Of a DNA stretch of 44,022 bases, positions 38,405 through 44,022 are shown piece by piece. Below the pieces are notes generated by a model. It saw nothing but the letters and a program-made list of their open reading frames with translations. It made no database searches and had not been told where the DNA came from. Location: positions 1-44,022 of the forward strand of contig JAIPJO010000002.1 in the NCBI GenBank assembly GCA_021734135.1, written 5' to 3'. Each line of letters starts with the position of its first letter. Position 1 is the stretch's first letter. The translations under genes and the position numbers were made by a program. This stretch comes from Patescibacteria group bacterium. GTDB taxonomy: Bacteria > Patescibacteriota > Patescibacteriia > Patescibacteriales > UBA12465.

Positions 38405-38548
38405 ATGGAAACATTATTTAAAACATTATTTGTAATTGCTATTATAGTTTTTTGCTTATTAGTTATAGGTGTTTTTTTACTTTTATTAAAGGCATTACTT
38501 ATCTTTAATCCAGAGCTTAGTCTTTTTGGCTTAACAATTACTTATTAG
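38405..38548 (+). CDS. 47-aa small membrane protein (absent from ORF track)
   Basis: Hand translation METLFKTLFVIAIIVFCLLVIGVFLLLLKALLIFNPELSLFGLTITY. Confidence 0.65.
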   Translation: METLFKTLFVIAIIVFCLLVIGVFLLLLKALLIFNPELSLFGLTITY

Positions 38549-38549
38549 T

Positions 38550-38579
38550 TTGACGATATAGTAATTTATTTGTTATACT
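38550..38579 (+). promoter_or_regulatory. Promoter for xer
   Basis: TTGACG-N18-TATACT with TG extension. Confidence 0.65.
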
Positions 38580-38580
38580 A

Positions 38581-38612
38581 TAACTGAGTGTAAGGGATAT
38601 TATACTCAGTTA
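38581..38612. other. Candidate dif-like Xer recombination site
   Basis: TAACTGAGTGTAA-GGGATA-TTATACTCAGTTA: 13-bp inverted arms (1 mismatch), 6-bp asymmetric spacer, dif-type TAA-N6-TTAT core, 35 bp before the xer ATG. Confidence 0.7.
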
Positions 38613-38647
38613 ATATATTAGCTAAAATTAGCACAATTATAACCAAT

Positions 38648-39580
38648 ATGTCTTATTTACCTTACCTAGATGACTTCCTTTTAAACCTTAAGGTTAACAA
38701 TTATTCACAAGAAACTATTTATAACTATGAACGTGATTTAAATGTTTTTTTAAACTTTTTACAGAATTCAAAGCTTGATTTCGATAAATTAAACAAAAAA
38801 GACTTACTTAACTACAAGGCGCTTTTAACTTCGATTGATAGAACTACCGCTAAATCTCAAAAAACAACTAAAAAACTTTCTCCTTATTCAATCAATAGAA
38901 TGCTTTCAGCTATTAGAGCTTATTTAAAATATTTAATTGATAATGATTATGATGTTCCCTTGGCTCCTGATACAATAAAAATGCTTAAAACTATTAAGAA
39001 GAAATCTCAAGTACCAGAATTAGAACAATTAGTCAAGCTTATTGAAGCTCCCAATACATTTGAAAAAAATAATAAAATTGCCATTAGAAACAGGGCTATA
39101 TTAGAAATTTTATTTGCTACTGGTCTTCGTATTACTGAGTTAGTAAATATAAAAATTAATTCTATTGATAAAGAAGGTAAAATTTTTATCTTAGGTAAAG
39201 GGAAAAAAGAAAGATTCGTTTATTTAACTCCAAGAGCACTTACACACCTTAATAATTACCTAAAAATTAGGCCTGAGCACTCCCCTTATCTCTTTGTTCC
39301 CTATCGTGGTCTAAATGCAGGGGCAAAGCATAAAAAGCTCTCTACGAACTATTTACAAGAAAGAATTAAAAGATATAGAGAGTATTTAGATATTAATATT
39401 CCAGCTTCTGCTCATTCTTTAAGACATGGATTTGCAACTTATTTAGCTGAATCAGGGGCCTCCCCTGCTGCTATACAAATTCTTCTAGGACATGAATCAC
39501 TTGATACTACTACTAGATATGTTCATGCTTCTGATAAGTATGCCCAAAGAATACATAAACGTTATCACCCTTTGAAATAG
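38648..39580 (+). CDS. Xer-family tyrosine recombinase
   Basis: N-terminal SAM-like domain; GLRITE, GKGKKER, HSLRH, LLGH and TTRY catalytic residues; XerC/XerD/XerA-like assignment unresolved. Confidence 0.93.
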   Translation: MSYLPYLDDFLLNLKVNNYSQETIYNYERDLNVFLNFLQNSKLDFDKLNKKDLLNYKALLTSIDRTTAKSQKTTKKLSPYSINRMLSAIRAYLKYLIDNDYDVPLAPDTIKMLKTIKKKSQVPELEQLVKLIEAPNTFEKNNKIAIRNRAILEILFATGLRITELVNIKINSIDKEGKIFILGKGKKERFVYLTPRALTHLNNYLKIRPEHSPYLFVPYRGLNAGAKHKKLSTNYLQERIKRYREYLDINIPASAHSLRHGFATYLAESGASPAAIQILLGHESLDTTTRYVHASDKYAQRIHKRYHPLK

Positions 39581-39675
39581 TATTATTTTATTTATCTTTA
39601 TCATTTATTAAAATTTCTGTGCTTCCCTTTTTATATATATTTGATATGATATAGATATAATAAATATCTTAAAAT

Positions 39676-42600
39676 ATGAAAAAATATATTCTTTGGTTAA
39701 TACCAGTGTTAGTAATTACGTTATTATTTTTCTATAAAGTTCAAGCATCTCAAGATGTCATTGGTATTCGTGTTTTACCTAATCCTGATCATTATTCAGT
39801 GTTAAGATGGTATGAAAATCAAGGATTTACAGGTAGTCCTCAATCTATGTTAATTGACGGATATAGAGCTATACGTGATGGAAGAACTGTTTATATTAAT
39901 ACTGCTAATGTTTCCGAAGGAAGACTTTATACTAATATTTATTTAATTTCATATAATCAAGATACTCAGCCCGGAACTACTGATATTTTTGGTAAAATAC
40001 TTTCTAATTGGAAATTTAACACCAATATTAACAATAGAGGGACTTGCTCTATATCAAGTTTAAATTGTCAAAGTGATGATGACTGTAATAATGGTTATAT
40101 ATGTAGTGAATCAGAAAATAAATGTGTTTTAGAAGAAGTTTCACAATGCTTATCAGATAGTCAATGTCCTAGTGGATTATTTTGTGATAGTGATAAAGCT
40201 AAATTAATTAGAGATACTAAAAGATTATCAGATTTAAGTGAGCTAAAAGTATATCTTGAAAATTATAAAAATAAATTTAATAGAAATCATTATCCAAAAT
40301 TAACATCTGGCACATATATACCTGGCAGTACTGTTTCTACTTGGCCTAGTTGGCAATATGAGCTAGCCTCAACTCTTGATTTAAATAATCTACCTGTAGA
40401 TCCTATTAATACTATAGGTAAATGTGATGGTAACTTTGATCCTGTTACTTGTTGGAATTCTGATGATAAAGAATTTTATGGCAACATTACAGGCATGGAC
40501 TTCCCTGTTAATAGTAGATTATATTTTTATTACACTGCCGATTTAGGTCAAACTGCTAATTTTTGTACCTTTATTGAAGGTAATTATTCTAATATCCCAC
40601 CTTTATCGTGTGTTTTTAATATAACTACTAATTTTGCCCCTGTTATTACACATGCTGACATGACTGCTTATCCTAATGAGGAATTTTCTAAATATATTTC
40701 TGTTACCGATTTAAATAACGACAGTCTTAATTGGAGTCTTAATACTTCTAATGTTGATTGGACTAATTATGGATGGTCTGCACCACCTGTATTAAAAGAC
40801 ACTGAACATGATAGGCAAACACAACTTTATGCTGAGCAAGCTGGAGAGATTGGAGATTATCCTTTAACCATAAGAGTGGAGGATGATAGGGGTTTATATG
40901 ATGAAAAAATATTGAATATATCAATTAGAAATTTAAATCTTATAGATTATATTTCTATTGGAGAAAGTAAAGAATATTATGTTAATGGCCGTAATTTAGG
41001 TTCAAATTCTAATTTTGATATTAATTTAAGAAATGCTAGTTATAATTCAACATCTATTAGTCTAGAACAATTAAATAATTATGGATTCACCTTTGATTCA
41101 AATAACTTTCTTTTAAAAGAAAATTTTACCCCAGCTCAACATACAGGAGAATATGAAATTAATCTTTATGCATTAAATAATAATTCTGGAGAAAAAACCG
41201 ATTCCTCTTTTGATTTAACTATTGAAAATAACCCTCCTTATGTAGAGGAAGTTGAAGCTGTTTATAGTAATGGAGATACTGAAAGCTGTATACATTCTGA
41301 TCAATGTGTTTTTATTATTGATAACGCTGAAGAAGCCACTTTGCAAGTTATAGCTGAAGATGATAACCCAGGTCACATTCTTAGCTACTCTCTAGAAAAC
41401 AATTTAGATGGTGCTATAAGTATTAATTCTAATATAGGTATTATCTCTGGTTTAAATAATTTAAATTATCACGAAACTGAAATAGCAGAGTTTGATTTTC
41501 AAGTTCGTATTAGTGATCAATATTGTGCAAATTCTACAGAAGAAAGTTGTTCTACATATAAAGATATTAAAGTAGTAGTACAGGAATATTGCTCAGTTAA
41601 TACACCAGAAACGCTTCTTAGCACCAATCCAATTGAAGAGAGTCCAGTAACGGTGAATACTTCTGGTCAAACGATAAATATTGGAAATGAGGCTATAGAT
41701 TGCTCTGATATTGGTAACAGTAGTGTTGATATTAAATATATTGGTGATGCAAATAGCAAGGTAATCATATTTGTTATGGATTATTCTAAAAGTATGGACA
41801 CCTTAATAAATGGTATACCTGCAATAGATAGAGCTAAAGCTGCTCTCACTGATGATAATGACGGTGTCTTAAAAACCATTCATGAAACAGCTTTAGAGCT
41901 ACCTGAAGAGCATTCTATTGAGGTTGGGCTTGTTATATATAATACTAATGTTCACTCTTATGGTCCCCTTGATATTTCACAAGAATCTAATTTGCAACAA
42001 TTAAAGTCTAATATACTTAATTATAATACATATTATCAAACTAAAACCTTAGATGCTTTAAATGAGGCTGAAAACTTATTGGATTCACCCGAGTATTCAG
42101 ATATAAATAAATCTATTATTTTAATGAGTGATGGCTACCCTGGTGTAGATCAAAGAGTTATAAGTGGAGGTGAATGCTATCCTGATTGTGAAGATCCTGA
42201 ATGTGATCCTTGTCCAGAGGGAACATATAGGAGTGGTACTCATTGCACTTGTGAATGTGTACCTCGTACTTGTTGGTGTCAAGGAGAATATCCTGATTGT
42301 TCAACGCCTGTTTGTGGTCCATGCCCGGATGGAGAAAAAAGAATTAATTATTGTACCTGTGAATGTGCTGCTCCTACTTGCCTGTGTGGAGGCACTTACC
42401 CTAATTGTACATGGCCTACTGGATGTGAGTGTGGTAGATCTGGATGTTCTTGTCGTACTAATTGTGGTTCTGTATACAATGACTTAGAAGAAGATAATAT
42501 TGATAATTATAATGACCTAGATTTTAAAATGGCTATAACTGAGCAAACCCAATGCCTTGATACTAATACTCCTTGTGAGGAAGGTTGTTCTTCAAATCAA

Positions 42601-43059
42601 CGATGTCGAGGATTTGATGTTGAGCAAAATTATAATTGCGATACTTCTGATGATGTATTGACTCAAGCAAATTATTTAAAGAATAATGGTGTTCAGATAT
42701 CAGCTATTTATTATGATACTACTGATGAATCTGGACCAGCTCAAAAAATGTGTGAATGGTCTAGTAATAACGGAGTTGATTGTGATAATGAGACTTATTT
42801 TTACGCTGGTACAGATATTAATAAGTTATTTGATGATGTGTTAGTTAATATAGTTAATAAACCAAAAGCTGTAGAAATAGCTGAATTTGAACTTGAAGAT
42901 AGTAATCCTCATCAGTTAGAGAGTTTTCTAGAAGGCGTAAACATAGACGATGCTCTTAATTGTGGTTATCCTAACTTAGCCGTAGAATATACAGATACAG
43001 GATATTTAGAATTCTCAAATTTAAGTTATGATTACTGCCCTGCTAAATTACATCAATAA
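39676..43059 (+). CDS. Large secreted adhesin-like protein: Cys-rich segment, pilin-like segment, Ig/cadherin-like repeats, vWA domain with Cys-rich insert
   Basis: Signal peptide; RDTKRLSDL pilin/GspG-like helix; N.AP/NNPP Ig boundaries; MIDAS DYSKS...T...LMSDG. Confidence 0.75.
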   Translation: MKKYILWLIPVLVITLLFFYKVQASQDVIGIRVLPNPDHYSVLRWYENQGFTGSPQSMLIDGYRAIRDGRTVYINTANVSEGRLYTNIYLISYNQDTQPGTTDIFGKILSNWKFNTNINNRGTCSISSLNCQSDDDCNNGYICSESENKCVLEEVSQCLSDSQCPSGLFCDSDKAKLIRDTKRLSDLSELKVYLENYKNKFNRNHYPKLTSGTYIPGSTVSTWPSWQYELASTLDLNNLPVDPINTIGKCDGNFDPVTCWNSDDKEFYGNITGMDFPVNSRLYFYYTADLGQTANFCTFIEGNYSNIPPLSCVFNITTNFAPVITHADMTAYPNEEFSKYISVTDLNNDSLNWSLNTSNVDWTNYGWSAPPVLKDTEHDRQTQLYAEQAGEIGDYPLTIRVEDDRGLYDEKILNISIRNLNLIDYISIGESKEYYVNGRNLGSNSNFDINLRNASYNSTSISLEQLNNYGFTFDSNNFLLKENFTPAQHTGEYEINLYALNNNSGEKTDSSFDLTIENNPPYVEEVEAVYSNGDTESCIHSDQCVFIIDNAEEATLQVIAEDDNPGHILSYSLENNLDGAISINSNIGIISGLNNLNYHETEIAEFDFQVRISDQYCANSTEESCSTYKDIKVVVQEYCSVNTPETLLSTNPIEESPVTVNTSGQTINIGNEAIDCSDIGNSSVDIKYIGDANSKVIIFVMDYSKSMDTLINGIPAIDRAKAALTDDNDGVLKTIHETALELPEEHSIEVGLVIYNTNVHSYGPLDISQESNLQQLKSNILNYNTYYQTKTLDALNEAENLLDSPEYSDINKSIILMSDGYPGVDQRVISGGECYPDCEDPECDPCPEGTYRSGTHCTCECVPRTCWCQGEYPDCSTPVCGPCPDGEKRINYCTCECAAPTCLCGGTYPNCTWPTGCECGRSGCSCRTNCGSVYNDLEEDNIDNYNDLDFKMAITEQTQCLDTNTPCEEGCSSNQRCRGFDVEQNYNCDTSDDVLTQANYLKNNGVQISAIYYDTTDESGPAQKMCEWSSNNGVDCDNETYFYAGTDINKLFDDVLVNIVNKPKAVEIAEFELEDSNPHQLESFLEGVNIDDALNCGYPNLAVEYTDTGYLEFSNLSYDYCPAKLHQ

Positions 43060-43061
43060 AT

Positions 43062-43880
43062 ATGAATAAAAAAATATTAATAATTTTAACAATCTTAGCA
43101 TTTTTTGTTTTTAGTGTTTTTATTGTTTTAAACAACAATAATAAAATAGACATACCTTCAATTACAGATAAAAAAGAAAGTGAAAAAGAAAGTGAAAGTG
43201 ATAAAAAAGAAAATATAGAAGAAGAACAACCGCCCTTTTTAGATATATGTAGTGGTGATATTAATGATGAAGAATTAGCTGAGATTTGTAAAATTGAAAA
43301 AACAATTAATAAGGCAACAAAGAATTTAGATGCTAGTAAATGTTTAAATATTAAAGAAGAGTTCAGACAAAGATGTATTATTGATATACTTAAGATTAAT
43401 CCAGATTCAGTTGATTGTTCTTTATTTGATGGTAGGAATAATTTTGTATGCTTATCTGAAAAGAAATATCATCAAGCTATAAGTAGAGATGATAGTGATT
43501 TGTGTTTAGAAATAAAAGATAAAATAAAAAGAGCTAATTGTTTTAATGTTATAGACAAAGTAGATTTACATGGAGATGAAGATGGTGATGGCCTTAGTTT
43601 TTTAGAAGAAATGATGCATGGTACTAATCCAAATTTAAAAGATAGTGATGGTGATGGTTTTAATGATAGTGAAGAGGTTAAAAATAATTATAATCCTGTT
43701 GGAGAAGGAAAAATTAATCAAGAAACTATTCTAGTGAAGTGCAATGAAATTGAAGACGAGGATATGCAAATACTTTGTAAACAAGAGATGGATAATGATA
43801 CAATTGATTTAGAAAAATGCTATGACATAGAATCAGAAGAATTATATAACTATTGTTTAAGTTTATTAGAGTCTCTTTAA
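43062..43880 (+). CDS. Membrane-anchored Cys-rich protein with thrombospondin type-3-like Ca-binding repeats
   Basis: N-terminal TM; C..I......C repeats; DEDGDGLS..E...GTNP...DSDGDGFNDSEE. Confidence 0.75.
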   Translation: MNKKILIILTILAFFVFSVFIVLNNNNKIDIPSITDKKESEKESESDKKENIEEEQPPFLDICSGDINDEELAEICKIEKTINKATKNLDASKCLNIKEEFRQRCIIDILKINPDSVDCSLFDGRNNFVCLSEKKYHQAISRDDSDLCLEIKDKIKRANCFNVIDKVDLHGDEDGDGLSFLEEMMHGTNPNLKDSDGDGFNDSEEVKNNYNPVGEGKINQETILVKCNEIEDEDMQILCKQEMDNDTIDLEKCYDIESEELYNYCLSLLESL

Positions 43881-43889
43881 GACTGTCAA

Positions 43890-43936
43890 AGCCAAGTAGA
43901 AATGTCATACTCTGAGCCAAGTAGAAATGTCATACT
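43890..43936 (+). repeat. 22-bp direct repeat x2 (43890-43911 and 43915-43936)
   Basis: Exact copies with period 25 bp. Confidence 0.95.
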
Positions 43937-43973
43937 TGATGAATTAATATATTATTTTTAAATCTTATTATTT

Positions 43974-44022
43974 CTACTTAACACTCTTTTTTTCAAATAT
44001 AAATTGTTTTCTCCAAGGATGA
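43974..44022 (-). CDS. C-terminus of a putative transposase (partial)
   Basis: HPWRKQFIFEKKSVK-stop; HPWR is a typical C-terminal motif of ISNCY transposases. Confidence 0.6.
   Translation of the reverse strand, partial: HPWRKQFIFEKKSVK

Larger units (their letters stand above)
43884..44022 (-). mobile_element. Right end of an ISNCY/IS1202-like insertion sequence (truncated by the window)
   Basis: Terminal TGTCAA at 43884 followed by two 22-bp subterminal repeats AGCCAAGTAGAAATGTCATACT; minus-strand ORF end HPWRK. Confidence 0.7.

Noticed and set aside
42164..42487. 107-aa alternative-frame ORF
   Set aside because: By-product of TGT-rich Cys codons in the main frame
43726..43920. 64-aa minus-strand ORF
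   Set aside because: Starts inside the IS terminal repeats and runs antisense to a real gene
43890..43936. Possible CRISPR repeats
   Set aside because: Only two copies with a 3-bp gap and no cas genes; better explained as IS subterminal repeats
38648..44022. xer as the integrase of a prophage or integron
   Set aside because: No phage genes, attC arrays, flanking tRNA or integron-integrase insertion seen; length and motifs fit a chromosomal Xer

Overview
Very AT-rich bacterial chromosome segment using standard code 11 (TGA is the stop of rsmI). Gene content, the lack of Shine-Dalgarno motifs at core genes and several characteristic hypothetical families suggest Patescibacteria/CPR (Parcubacteria, Falkowbacteria-like); this assignment is inference. 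Housekeeping genes include sod, rpsB-tsf, secE-nusG-rplK-rplA, rsmI, metG, tsaC, ctpA, pyrG, rpmA, dnaX, serS and alr-ddl-ftsQ, and both the S2 and L1 ribosomal leader RNAs are recognisable. Main points of interest: (1) a tightly packed gap - minimal NuoF/HydB - [FeFe]-hydrogenase - cca - ppi - iscS - iscU run, a candidate two-subunit NADH-to-H2 module coupled to GAPDH, with no HydC or HydEFG in the window; (2) a near-palindromic dif-like site (13-6-13) directly upstream of a lone Xer recombinase, where local GC skew flips, a candidate single-Xer terminus system; (3) a stand-alone gene resembling CPR DGR-target C-type lectins, with no RT nearby; (4) a putative effector/chaperone operon divergent from a VirD4/TraG-like ATPase; (5) large surface proteins, including a vWA domain with a Cys-rich repeat insert; (6) the end of an ISNCY/IS1202-like element at the right edge. 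Three small genes missing from the ORF track were added (secE, a 59-aa coiled coil and a 47-aa membrane protein). All family calls come from motif recognition; no database searches were run.
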